From: a virus
Lineage: Duplodnaviria > Caudoviricetes
DNA length: 34,731 nucleotides
Strand: one strand, 5' to 3'
IMG/VR virus record: IMGVR_UViG_3300032296_003686
Location: 1-34,731 of that record
The translations under genes were made by a program, and so were the position numbers. The number at the start of each line of letters is the position of its first letter. Position 1 is the stretch's first letter. The notes beneath the pieces were generated by a model, which was given only the letters and a program-made list of their open reading frames with translations, had not been told where the DNA came from and did not search any database. Below, one piece after another: positions 6,848 through 15,693 of the stretch.

Positions 6848-8764
6848 ATGTCCGCCGCCTCCATCGAAGCCGCCCTCCGTCTCGACATCGCCGAGCTTCA
6901 GCAAAAGCTCACGCTGGCCAACGCCGAAACGGACAAGTGGAAAACCAAAGTCGAAAACGGCAGCCGCGATGGAGCCCGCAGCGTGGACGGCCTCACCCGT
7001 GCCTACGGCCGCTTCAGCAGCGCCGCGCAATCCTCCGGCCGCATCATCAGCGGGAATACCGCCCTCTTCCTCCAGGCCGAAAAAGCCGCCACCGCCGCCG
7101 CGCGGGCCCAAAGTCGTGGTGGCGGTGGCATGCAGATCGGCGGCGCCGCCATGCAGATCCAGGACATCGCCGTCCAGATGCAGATGGGCACCAAGGCCAG
7201 CACCATCCTCGCGCAGCAGGGCTCGCAGCTCCTCAGCTACTTTGGGTCCGGTGGCATGATCGCGGGCGGCCTCATCGCCATCGGCGGCGCTTTCGTCACC
7301 GCCGGACAGACCGCCAAAGACAACCTCGCCAAAGCCACGCAGGAGGCCGCCGCACTCCACACCGAGCTCACCGGCATCGCCACCGTCGGCACGCTGGAGG
7401 AGGTCACCGCCGGCATGCAAAAGCTCGCCACCTTTGCCGCGCAGGCCCGCGCCTCCTTGCCCGCGCAGGCTGGCGTCGGCGAGCTGGGCAATGACATCCT
7501 CTCCGCCCTCGGCACCGGCCCCACGCGCGATGAACGTTTCACCGCCGGGCAGCAGCAGCTGATGATGAGCGCCGAAATGCGCGTCCAGCTCGAAGCCCGC
7601 GCCCTCGAAATCTCCGCGCAGGAGGCTGAAATCACCGCCCTGCGCGCCCAGGGCCGCGAAAAGGAGGCCGATGAAATGCAGCGCCAGGCCAATCTCGCCC
7701 GCGAGATCATCCGCATCCAAAGCAGCGGCTTCAGCGATCCCGCCAAAGCCCAGCTCACCGCCGATGCTGAGGCCCGCAGCGCCGCGAGTGCGACGGCCGC
7801 CGCCACCGCGCAGCGCGCCAAAGACGAGGCTACCGTGAAGCAGCTCCGCGAAAAACTCGCCGCCCAGGAGCTCGCGCAAATGTCCCCGGAGGCCCGCTTC
7901 AATGCTCTGCGCGGCCAGCAGGGAGCGCTCTTCGACAGCATGGACAGCAAGGGCGGCCTCGCCTTCGACAAATCGACGGAAGGCCTGCGCGAGTGGGCCA
8001 AATGGCTCGAAAAGATCAACCGCCCGGACACCATGGCCACCGTCCTCGGCATGCTCGATGAAGCCCTCCGGCTCGAAAAGGAAATGGCCGCCGCGTCCGC
8101 TGAAGTCACGGCCGGAGTCGAGCAGCAAGCCCGCGCGGCGCAAGAACAGTATGCCGCCGCCGAGGAAAAGCAGCGCGAACAAAAAAAGGCTGAGGAAAAA
8201 AAGAAAACCGAGCAGCAAGCCGCTCAGAACGACATTCGTGCGGAAGCCATGCTGCTGCAAATGACCGCCGCCGGGCGTGGAGAGGAAGTGGAGGTCCTCA
8301 AAGAGGCCATGCGGATCAAAGAGCAAACCGGCGTCACCGATCAACAGGCGCTCAGTGCAGCCCGGCAAATGGTCACCCTCCGCCGCGATGCCAAGGCGGC
8401 TGAAGGTGGGCAAAAAACGGAAGGGGGCGCGGCAGCTGAGTCTACTTCATCGCGTGCTGCCCGCATGTTTACGGAAGGTGATCGTCAAGCAGGCTGGCTG
8501 CATCCCTCCGTCCGCGCCGGTCGCGCGAAGCTCATGGGCAGCGCTGGCGGCGGCGGCCTCGACCAATTCCATCGCAATCAGCGGACTGATAGTGCGTGGG
8601 AGTTGGCGCAGAAACAGCCCAGCGCGTGGACGCAGCTCCAGCAACGCGCCGCCGGCAACGCCGCCGTCGCCCAACAAGAAGCCGCCTCCAAACCGCCAGC
8701 GGACATGACCGCTCTCTTCCAACAGCTCATCCAGATTACTCAGAAAGGCCTGTTGGGTGCGTGA
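6848..8764 (+). CDS. Tail tape measure protein
   Basis: 638 aa, Ala/Gln-rich coiled coil, with MQIQDIAVQMQMG...ILAQQGSQL motif typical of lambda-like TMPs. Confidence 0.9.
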   Translation: MSAASIEAALRLDIAELQQKLTLANAETDKWKTKVENGSRDGARSVDGLTRAYGRFSSAAQSSGRIISGNTALFLQAEKAATAAARAQSRGGGGMQIGGAAMQIQDIAVQMQMGTKASTILAQQGSQLLSYFGSGGMIAGGLIAIGGAFVTAGQTAKDNLAKATQEAAALHTELTGIATVGTLEEVTAGMQKLATFAAQARASLPAQAGVGELGNDILSALGTGPTRDERFTAGQQQLMMSAEMRVQLEARALEISAQEAEITALRAQGREKEADEMQRQANLAREIIRIQSSGFSDPAKAQLTADAEARSAASATAAATAQRAKDEATVKQLREKLAAQELAQMSPEARFNALRGQQGALFDSMDSKGGLAFDKSTEGLREWAKWLEKINRPDTMATVLGMLDEALRLEKEMAAASAEVTAGVEQQARAAQEQYAAAEEKQREQKKAEEKKKTEQQAAQNDIRAEAMLLQMTAAGRGEEVEVLKEAMRIKEQTGVTDQQALSAARQMVTLRRDAKAAEGGQKTEGGAAAESTSSRAARMFTEGDRQAGWLHPSVRAGRAKLMGSAGGGGLDQFHRNQRTDSAWELAQKQPSAWTQLQQRAAGNAAVAQQEAASKPPADMTALFQQLIQITQKGLLGA

Positions 8765-8824
8765 GCGCGCCCGCCTCGTCGTCACTCCGGTCAATCCCGT
8801 CACCAAGGTCCTCATTCCTCCTTC

Positions 8825-9949
8825 ATGAAATCCCTCGTTATCCAAGGCAAACGCGGCGTCTTCCAGGTTAGCGATCCGCGCCCCGTCCTCAACCGCACCG
8901 AGGGCGGGCCGGATCGTTACATGGACACTTTCAGCCTCGATTACGATGACGACCTCGCTCCCGGCCAGGTGCATCCGCTTTATCCCGGCCTCATCCTCCG
9001 CGAGGCCGCCATCACCTGCGATGTCCCCGCCGTCATCGCCGGTGACCAGCGCATCCCCGGCATCTACTACGCCGAATGCCAATGGGACGGCACCACCGAT
9101 GCCGACAAGCCCGAAAAAGTCCTCTCCCAAAGCGAGACCCGCCAGCTCCGCCCGCAGTGGGAATCCTTCACCGAGCAGCGTCTCACCTGGCATGCCATGC
9201 CCAAAGCCATCACCGGCACCGCCAGCACCGATGTCATCGCCTGCCCCGCGCACGGCCTCAGCGCCGGGCGCAAAGTCGCCCTCGTCGATCTCACCGGCGG
9301 CGCAGGCCTCACCTCGCAATCCAGCAGCGCCCTCGCCACCGTTTACTACGTCATCAATGCGAACGCCGATGACTTGCAGCTCAGCCTCACCGTAGGCGGC
9401 AGCGCGGTGAACTTCACCACCAACATCACCGCAGGCTCCCTGGTCCCGGTCGAGTATCTCCCCGGCTCCGCGCATCCCGAGCTCCCGCAGATGTATCTCG
9501 ACAGTGTCCAGCTCAAACGCGGTGGCAGCAGCGGCTTCCACATCGTCGATCTCGCCTACATCGGCAAGCGCACCCCGCGCCCGTATCACCGCATCACCAC
9601 CGTCAACGGCCAGCAGATGACCAGCAGCATCCCGCTCGCCATCGGCCTCAGCGGCGGCTGGGTGGATGAGCGCCGCACGAATTTCTCCCTGCCGCAGATC
9701 TCCGTCGTGGACACCTACGTCACCACGGACACGCCCGCCACCAGCAGCGTCCCCAGCATCAGCACCCCGCCCGATGCGCCCAGCGTCCCCACGCTCACCT
9801 TCAGCGGCCCCACCGATAACTTCATTTGGAATTACCCCTACGGCTGGAGCCTCATGGGTGCCCCTGTCATGGACAGCCTCAGCTCCGCCATCAGCCTCAC
9901 CCTCCAGCAAAAGCAATACAGCTACATCTGGCCCATGCTCTTCACCTGA
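8825..9949 (+). CDS. Tail tip/baseplate-region protein
   Basis: Follows TMP. Contains an AHGLSAG...VYYVIN..DDLQLSLT.GG beta module common in phage tail proteins. Confidence 0.65.
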   Translation: MKSLVIQGKRGVFQVSDPRPVLNRTEGGPDRYMDTFSLDYDDDLAPGQVHPLYPGLILREAAITCDVPAVIAGDQRIPGIYYAECQWDGTTDADKPEKVLSQSETRQLRPQWESFTEQRLTWHAMPKAITGTASTDVIACPAHGLSAGRKVALVDLTGGAGLTSQSSSALATVYYVINANADDLQLSLTVGGSAVNFTTNITAGSLVPVEYLPGSAHPELPQMYLDSVQLKRGGSSGFHIVDLAYIGKRTPRPYHRITTVNGQQMTSSIPLAIGLSGGWVDERRTNFSLPQISVVDTYVTTDTPATSSVPSISTPPDAPSVPTLTFSGPTDNFIWNYPYGWSLMGAPVMDSLSSAISLTLQQKQYSYIWPMLFT

Positions 9950-9954
9950 TCCCC

Positions 9955-10251
9955 ATGAAACGCTACGACTACCTCACCGCCTGGCAAAACCTCTGCGCCC
10001 CCATCCTCGCCAACGGCACCCTCAGCATCGAGCTCACGCACGTGCAGCCCGGCCAGATCACCGCCGAGCTGCGCTTTCAAGACACCGCGCCCGATGTCCT
10101 CACCGCCTTCCTCAAAGGCGAGATCCATCCCCGCATTCAACAACAATGGCCCACCGGCTGCATGCTCGTCATTGATCCCCGCCCCCGCGAACTCCCCACC
10201 GGAGCCCTCGCCATCACCGTCAAACAAGCCGGACTGACCCTGGTGGATTGA
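9955..10251 (+). CDS. Hypothetical protein (tail module)
   Basis: MKRYDYLTAW..., 98 aa, starts 5 nt after the previous stop. Confidence 0.6.
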   Translation: MKRYDYLTAWQNLCAPILANGTLSIELTHVQPGQITAELRFQDTAPDVLTAFLKGEIHPRIQQQWPTGCMLVIDPRPRELPTGALAITVKQAGLTLVD

Positions 10252-10303
10252 GAACCCGTCACTCCGGTCAAGCACGTCATCAAAGTCACGATCATTCCCT
10301 CTC

Positions 10304-10927
10304 ATGCCCGGCACCACCGACAAAAAAGAAGTCCGCCTCCCGCGCGAACCCTCTGATCTCTACAGTTGGCGCAAGTGGGTCGTCGCCGCGCTCAAAGCGC
10401 TGGCGGGTGCCGCGGGCGTCAACCTCAGCGTCCAGGGCGCCAGCCGCGTCCAGCGCCTCACCGACAACAACGTCCACATCGATCTCCCCGAGGCGGCTGC
10501 TGCCACCGAAGAGATCTGGAGCAATTTCCAGCCCACCTTCGTCGATGCCACGCACATCACCGTCAGCAACGGCAGCTTCAATCTCACCACACCCTTCATC
10601 GGCGGCACCGCCATCAATGCCACCACCCCGCCGCAGCTCACCGTCGATGCCTCCGCGCTGCAGATCGTTTACCTGGTCGTCGATACCACCATCCAGACGA
10701 ATGCGGACAACTACGTCACCGGATTCACGATCAAGAGCCCGACGAGCAGCAACCTCACCATTGAGGCCTTCAGCACCGCGCAGACCAGCACCAACACCAA
10801 GCGCTACATCGAGCTCTTCCGGTGGCAAGCAGGAGCGCTCGTGAACCGCAGCCGCTACAACAACATCGGTGCCCAGGTCCGCGACGACGGCACCGCCACC
10901 GGCGTCCCCGTCTGGCAAACCTGGTAA
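10304..10927 (+). CDS. Putative tail/baseplate protein
   Basis: 207 aa, Thr-rich beta composition, C3-rich codons. Confidence 0.6.
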   Translation: MPGTTDKKEVRLPREPSDLYSWRKWVVAALKALAGAAGVNLSVQGASRVQRLTDNNVHIDLPEAAAATEEIWSNFQPTFVDATHITVSNGSFNLTTPFIGGTAINATTPPQLTVDASALQIVYLVVDTTIQTNADNYVTGFTIKSPTSSNLTIEAFSTAQTSTNTKRYIELFRWQAGALVNRSRYNNIGAQVRDDGTATGVPVWQTW

Positions 10928-10968
10928 CGCCAGATCATTCGTCATTCTGCATTCGTCATTCGTCATTC

Positions 10969-11358
10969 ATGCGCCCCGCCGATCTCAACACCAACGACTG
11001 GCGCAACACGCCGCCCACGATCGAGCGCGTCCATGCCAAGATCGAATTCGCGCCCGTCACACCGGGCACCGTCGCGTGGTTCGCCATGGATCGCCATCCG
11101 CTCGGCACGGACAACCTCATCAGCACCCTCTTCGGCAACGACTTCAGCACCGAAAGCGCCGCCATCACGATCAACACGACGAAGAACGCCCCGCTCCGCA
11201 TCAAATACACCCGGCGAGCCTACAACCACGCCACCGGCGTCACCACCAGCACCGAGCTCACCGCACGAAACACCTACAGCCAGGCCAAGACCCCGCGCCC
11301 CACGCCCCTCGCTAGCTACACCTACTTCAACAATTTCCGCCTCGCGCAAATCGTCTAG
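10969..11358 (+). CDS. Putative tail protein
   Basis: MRPADLNTNDW..., 129 aa, starts right after a heptamer array. Confidence 0.6.
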   Translation: MRPADLNTNDWRNTPPTIERVHAKIEFAPVTPGTVAWFAMDRHPLGTDNLISTLFGNDFSTESAAITINTTKNAPLRIKYTRRAYNHATGVTTSTELTARNTYSQAKTPRPTPLASYTYFNNFRLAQIV

Positions 11359-11427
11359 CCGCCCGTCAATCCGGTCACTCAGGTCATCACGGTCCCTCCG
11401 CCTTTTTTTGACACGCGGCCGCTCTCG

Positions 11428-12069
11428 ATGGACTGGACCTACGACCTCGTCACCAACACGCTCGCCCCGGCCGAAACGCAGCCGAGCCAAATCCCGCTCA
11501 AATGGCGCAGCCGCGAGCTCATGCGTCTCCAGTTTGCCCGCGCGGGCACGCTTGAGCTGCTCCCCTCCGGAGCCTCCATCGCCCTCCGTCTCATCCTCGC
11601 CGATGGCACCATCGTCGCCGCTGTCACGAGCTGGACTGCGCCCGGCAGCGCCGCCGGTTACTACGAAGGTGATCTCATCCTCCACACCGACGAGCTCAGC
11701 AGCGCCTTCGAAGACGACGCCACCAAGCAAGTCCCTACCAGCATCGAGCTCCACTGGTGGCGCACCGGCCAGGCCGCCACGCCCTACATCAGCGACAACC
11801 TGCTCACCGCCGCGATGCAGCGCCCGCTCGCCCTCCCTGAAAGCGGCAGCCCCATCGTCCTCGAAGGAGCCGAAGCCTGGCTCACCGCCCGCGCCCTGCG
11901 CTTTGATGAAGCGCAGACCCTCACGAGCACGCAGATCGCGCAAGCCTTCGAGAACCTCGGCCTCGACATCAAAAGCGCCACCATCCTCCGCGGCTGCCTC
12001 CGCCTCGTCCTCGCCGACGACACCGTCACCCATCTCCCCCTCACCACCGGCGAGCCGCCCGCCCTCTGA
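11428..12069 (+). CDS. Putative upper-baseplate/fibre adaptor
   Basis: 213 aa. Beta N-terminus, then LRFDEAQTLTSTQIAQAFENLG, a fibre-type motif. Preceded by the TTGACA motif. Confidence 0.55.
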   Translation: MDWTYDLVTNTLAPAETQPSQIPLKWRSRELMRLQFARAGTLELLPSGASIALRLILADGTIVAAVTSWTAPGSAAGYYEGDLILHTDELSSAFEDDATKQVPTSIELHWWRTGQAATPYISDNLLTAAMQRPLALPESGSPIVLEGAEAWLTARALRFDEAQTLTSTQIAQAFENLGLDIKSATILRGCLRLVLADDTVTHLPLTTGEPPAL

Positions 12070-12098
12070 TCATTCTCCATTTTTCAATTTTCAGTCTC

Positions 12099-13769
12099 AT
12101 GAAACGCCTCGCCCTCACCCTGTTCGTTGTTCACGCTTTAGCGTGCCTCTCCACCGCCCAAGTCGCTGAAAACCAATGGCGCTTCAGCAAACGCAACGCC
12201 AACGGCACCTACACCGACTACGGCCTCACCGCCGTCAACGGCCAAGCCATCGGCTTCACCGGCGGCGTCCCCAGCATGCTCAGCATCGCCGGCGGAGCCT
12301 GGGGCAGCATCACTGGCACCCTCAGCAGCCAGATCGATCTGCAGACCGCGCTCGATGCCAAGCTCGCCACCAGCACCGCTGCCAGCACCTACCAGCCGCT
12401 CGACAGCGATCTCACCGCCATTGCCGCGCTCACCACCACCAGCTTTGGCCGTGAGCTGCTCACCCGTGCCGATGCCGCCGCCACGCGGAGCGCCCTCGGC
12501 CTCGGCACCCTCGCCACGCAAAGCGCCACCATCAGCGACTACCTCACCCTCGCCACCGCCGCCAGCACCTACCAGCCGCTCGCCTCCCGCCTCACCTCCA
12601 TCGCCAATCTCGCGGACGCCGCCGGAGTGCTCACCAACAACGGCAGCGGCACTTTCAGCTACACCGCCACCAGCACCGGCGGGAACACGCTCGGCCTCGA
12701 TGCGGGCAAAATCGCCGTTTATGGGAGCAATGGCGAGCTCAAAGCGGCGTCTGCGCTGCGACTTACCGCAGGCCCGAGTGTGATGGGAATTTTTTTCAAC
12801 GACGGCGGTAGCGTCCCCGGCCGACTCACCTCCGACACCAGTGGCTTTGGCTCCCGCCTTTGGACCTTGCCCAACGTCAGTGGCACCCTCATCACCACCG
12901 GCGACACCGGCACCGTCACCAACGCCATGCTCGCCGGCTCCATCGCGATCTCCAAGCTCGCCATCACCGGCACGCCCGACGGCACCAAATACCTCCGCGA
13001 CGACGGCACGTGGCAAACCGTGAGCAGTGGCGCGACACTCGGCGCGAACACTTTTACCGCACTGCAAACCGTCAACCTAACCGCTCTAGGCACCACGCCG
13101 TCTTCAGGCGCGACCTTGACCAACACAACGGCCGCAGCAGCTGGATCCCAGCAAGTCAGCCCATCCCTCACTTGGGCAGGCCAAGGGTGGAAAACCAACG
13201 CCACCGCCGCCAGTCAGCAGACGGAGTTCAGGGCGAATGTGCTGCCAGTCCAAGGCGCAGCTAATCCGACCGCCATTTGGCAACTACAGAAATCCATTAA
13301 CGGGGAAGCGTTTGCCAACATCCTCACAGCATCAGCAACCAACGCAAGCGGCGATACGGCGCTAGTGATCGGTAGCACGACGGCGGCGACGACAATCACC
13401 ACCGCAGTCGGGCTATATACAACATTTTCGATTTCTGGTGGCAGCTTCCGATTTGTTGAGGGGGGGGTTGTTGCTCAGAACATGGCTTTTAACCGTTTTT
13501 CACTCGGATCAGGGATTGCCTTCGAATGGTCCTCAACAACCGCTGCAACTGGGACAGGGGACTTAATCCTATCCCGCATCGGCGTCGGCATCCTCGGCAT
13601 CGAAGGCAGCAGCACCGGTGGAGCCATCCAGCTCCGCGAAATGACCGCCCCCAGCGCCCCCGCCGCCGATCGCGCCCGTCTTTGGATCGAAGACAATGGA
13701 TCCGGCAAAACCCGCCTCATGATCCAATTCGGCAGCGGCACCGCCCAGCAAATCGCCATCGAGCCCTAA
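12099..13769 (+). CDS. Tail fibre / receptor-binding protein with N-terminal signal-like peptide
   Basis: Motifs WGSITGTLSSQ.DLQTALDAK, YQPLDSDLTAIAAL, ATRSALGLGTLATQ, YLRDDGTW. Gly/Thr/Ser/Ala-rich, 556 aa. Confidence 0.85.
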   Translation: MKRLALTLFVVHALACLSTAQVAENQWRFSKRNANGTYTDYGLTAVNGQAIGFTGGVPSMLSIAGGAWGSITGTLSSQIDLQTALDAKLATSTAASTYQPLDSDLTAIAALTTTSFGRELLTRADAAATRSALGLGTLATQSATISDYLTLATAASTYQPLASRLTSIANLADAAGVLTNNGSGTFSYTATSTGGNTLGLDAGKIAVYGSNGELKAASALRLTAGPSVMGIFFNDGGSVPGRLTSDTSGFGSRLWTLPNVSGTLITTGDTGTVTNAMLAGSIAISKLAITGTPDGTKYLRDDGTWQTVSSGATLGANTFTALQTVNLTALGTTPSSGATLTNTTAAAAGSQQVSPSLTWAGQGWKTNATAASQQTEFRANVLPVQGAANPTAIWQLQKSINGEAFANILTASATNASGDTALVIGSTTAATTITTAVGLYTTFSISGGSFRFVEGGVVAQNMAFNRFSLGSGIAFEWSSTTAATGTGDLILSRIGVGILGIEGSSTGGAIQLREMTAPSAPAADRARLWIEDNGSGKTRLMIQFGSGTAQQIAIEP

Positions 13770-13797
13770 TAACAGAATTTGACTTAACCCATGCACT

Positions 13798-14283
13798 ATG
13801 GGCCATGACGCCGAAGAACACGAAACCCGCATCGCTCGCCTCGAGCGCACCGTCTATGGCGGTGACGACAGCCGCGATGGACTCTCCGCACGCATGCACC
13901 TGACCGAGACCACCCTCGAAAAAATCGACGCCACGCTCAGCAAGCTCAACTGGCTCATCATCGCCGGAGTCGTCGTTGGCATCCTCAATCTCATCCTCAG
14001 CAAACCCGGCTCCGGCCCCGCGCCCACACAATCCACCAGCGTCATCACCGGCGAAGCCGCCGCCGATCCCGCCAAAGCCGCACTCATCGGCACGCATCGC
14101 GAGTATTTGACCACCTCCGACGTCGCCCGCATCGAGCAAGTCAGCGTCCGCGAAGTGCAGGACATGATCGCCAACGGCGAAATCAACCCCGCCCCCGTCA
14201 AAGACGGCCGCGAATACCGAATCCTCGCCAGCTACCGCATCCAGCCGCAAACTGCCGCAGACTGCGGCGAACAGCCGCAGTGA
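13798..14283 (+). CDS. Single-TM coiled-coil protein fused to an excisionase-like HTH (lysis module)
   Basis: Coiled coil, then TM WLIIAGVVVGILNLIL, then YLTTSDVARIEQVSVREVQDMIANGEI...KDGREYRI. Confidence 0.7.
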   Translation: MGHDAEEHETRIARLERTVYGGDDSRDGLSARMHLTETTLEKIDATLSKLNWLIIAGVVVGILNLILSKPGSGPAPTQSTSVITGEAAADPAKAALIGTHREYLTTSDVARIEQVSVREVQDMIANGEINPAPVKDGREYRILASYRIQPQTAADCGEQPQ

Positions 14284-14359
14284 TCAAAGCACGTTGTTCA
14301 CGCTTCAGCGTGTGCTGATTTTTGACATCGCTCCGCCATCGCACTCCAAGCGCATCACC

Positions 14360-14830
14360 ATGAAAACCTTCCTCATCTTTTTCGCCCTCCTCGCCTGGCT
14401 CACCTCCTTCGCCAGCGCCCAAACCCTCGTCCCTGGCGGCGATCCCGCTGTCCAGCAAGTCATCACCGAGGCCCTGCCCGCCAAATACGCCTCCTACGGC
14501 TCCGCCATCGTCTTGGCCGCCATGATCCTCGGCCGACTCTTGAAGGCCCTCGCTGACGGCCGTGGCATCAAAGGCTGGCTCTCCGCCATCTGGCTCGGCA
14601 CCAACAGCAGCGCCAAGATCCTCATCGCCGCCCTTTGCCTGCTCAGCTTGCCCGCCTGCAGCAATCCCGCCGATACCCAGCGCGCCGTCGCCATCGGCAA
14701 GATCGGCCTCGATCTCCTCGTCCGCCGCGGCATCCTCACCGAGCAAGACGCCGCCGATGCCCACCAAGCCGGGCAGATCCTGATCACGCCCGCTGCCGCG
14801 CCTGCCATCGACACCGCGAGCGGGAAGTAA
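14360..14830 (+). CDS. Membrane protein, holin/spanin candidate
   Basis: Signal peptide MKTFLIFFALLAWLTSFASA-Q, hydrophobic segments, internal lipobox-like LLSLPAC. Confidence 0.65.
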   Translation: MKTFLIFFALLAWLTSFASAQTLVPGGDPAVQQVITEALPAKYASYGSAIVLAAMILGRLLKALADGRGIKGWLSAIWLGTNSSAKILIAALCLLSLPACSNPADTQRAVAIGKIGLDLLVRRGILTEQDAADAHQAGQILITPAAAPAIDTASGK

Positions 14831-14902
14831 CCACCTGCCCCATACCCGGACCATGTGCGGTGTGAGCCGCGCGACAAGTCACCCCACCATCCCGACGCTC
14901 AC

Positions 14903-14933
14903 ACGGCCGCTCCCTCACCGGAGCGGCCGTTTT
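14903..14933 (+). terminator. Probable intrinsic terminator
   Basis: 11-bp perfect stem ACGGCCGCTCC / GGAGCGGCCGT followed by TTT. Confidence 0.6.
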
Positions 14934-14982
14934 GCATTCCGCCTTCGTCATTCCCGCGCAGCTTTGACACCAGCGCGGCAGC

Positions 14983-15078
14983 ATGGCCACCGCCAGCAAC
15001 ATCCCCGAACTCATGGGCCTCATCTTTGCGGCCTGCGCGCTCATCATCTGGGGCCTCTGCTCACTCCTCCGTTCCTAA
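14983..15078 (+). CDS. 31-aa single-TM peptide (not in ORF track)
   Basis: MATASNIPELMGLIFAACALIIWGLCSLLRS*. ATG 13 nt after TTGACA, stop 4 nt before the endolysin ATG. Confidence 0.65.
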   Translation: MATASNIPELMGLIFAACALIIWGLCSLLRS

Positions 15079-15082
15079 TTTC

Positions 15083-15664
15083 ATGCCCGCTCCCACTCGC
15101 CCTCCTTACCAGCTTTCCATCGGCCAATTCATCCTCAACGTCGAAGCCCGCCGCGATGACAAAGGTCGCCTCGCCGTTTACAAGCTCCCCAAAGGCGACG
15201 GCGGTGGCACCTTCGAAGTCGCCGGCATCAATGATCGCTACCACCCGCACCAAGCGGAGCACCTGAAGGACCTTATCGAGCTCGGGCAACACGTCGCCGC
15301 CGAACAAAGCGCCGTCGAATACCTCCTGAGCTACACCGACCTCGTCGCAGGCTGGACCTCCATCACCGCCTTGGAGGCTTTCTTGCGCGACTGCGCCTTC
15401 AATCGCGGGGCCGGTGGCGCGGCCAAGATCCTGCAAATCGCCCTAGGAGTCACCTCCGATGGCCACGTCGGCCCCAAGACTCGCGCCGCCCTCTGCGCCA
15501 TCCCTCTCACCGCCCGCCGCGAGTTCCTCCAGCGCCTGCGCGACGCTCGCGAGCAATACGAGCGCCGCATCGCCCCGCCCGTCGGATCTCGCGCCAAATT
15601 CTGGAGAGGCCTCGTCAACCGCTGGAACCGCGCCCACCAATTTGCCCTCACCTTCTGCGCATAA
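15083..15664 (+). CDS. Endolysin, glycosyl hydrolase 108-like with peptidoglycan-binding domain
   Basis: E...DGGGTFEVAGI catalytic-like region, DCAFNRG.GGAAKILQIALGVTSDGHVGPKT, and C-terminal KFWRGLVNR. Confidence 0.85.
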   Translation: MPAPTRPPYQLSIGQFILNVEARRDDKGRLAVYKLPKGDGGGTFEVAGINDRYHPHQAEHLKDLIELGQHVAAEQSAVEYLLSYTDLVAGWTSITALEAFLRDCAFNRGAGGAAKILQIALGVTSDGHVGPKTRAALCAIPLTARREFLQRLRDAREQYERRIAPPVGSRAKFWRGLVNRWNRAHQFALTFCA

Positions 15665-15672
15665 TCGCGCCC

Positions 15673-15690
15673 GGTCGACACGTGTCGACC
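15673..15690. repeat. Palindrome GGTCGACACGTGTCGACC (parS-like)
   Basis: Perfect 18-bp palindrome. The same 16-bp core occurs at 20435 and 32405, with degenerate copies at 22968 and 25342. Confidence 0.85.
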
Positions 15691-15693
15691 CGG

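Noticed and set aside
12099-13769. Diversity-generating retroelement or invertible fibre cassette
   Set aside because: No reverse transcriptase, no TR/VR pair and no invertase are visible in the genome.
14855-15082. N-terminal extension of the endolysin in the ORF track
   Set aside because: It spans a terminator, the promoter-like motif and the 31-aa ORF. ATG 15083 fits better.
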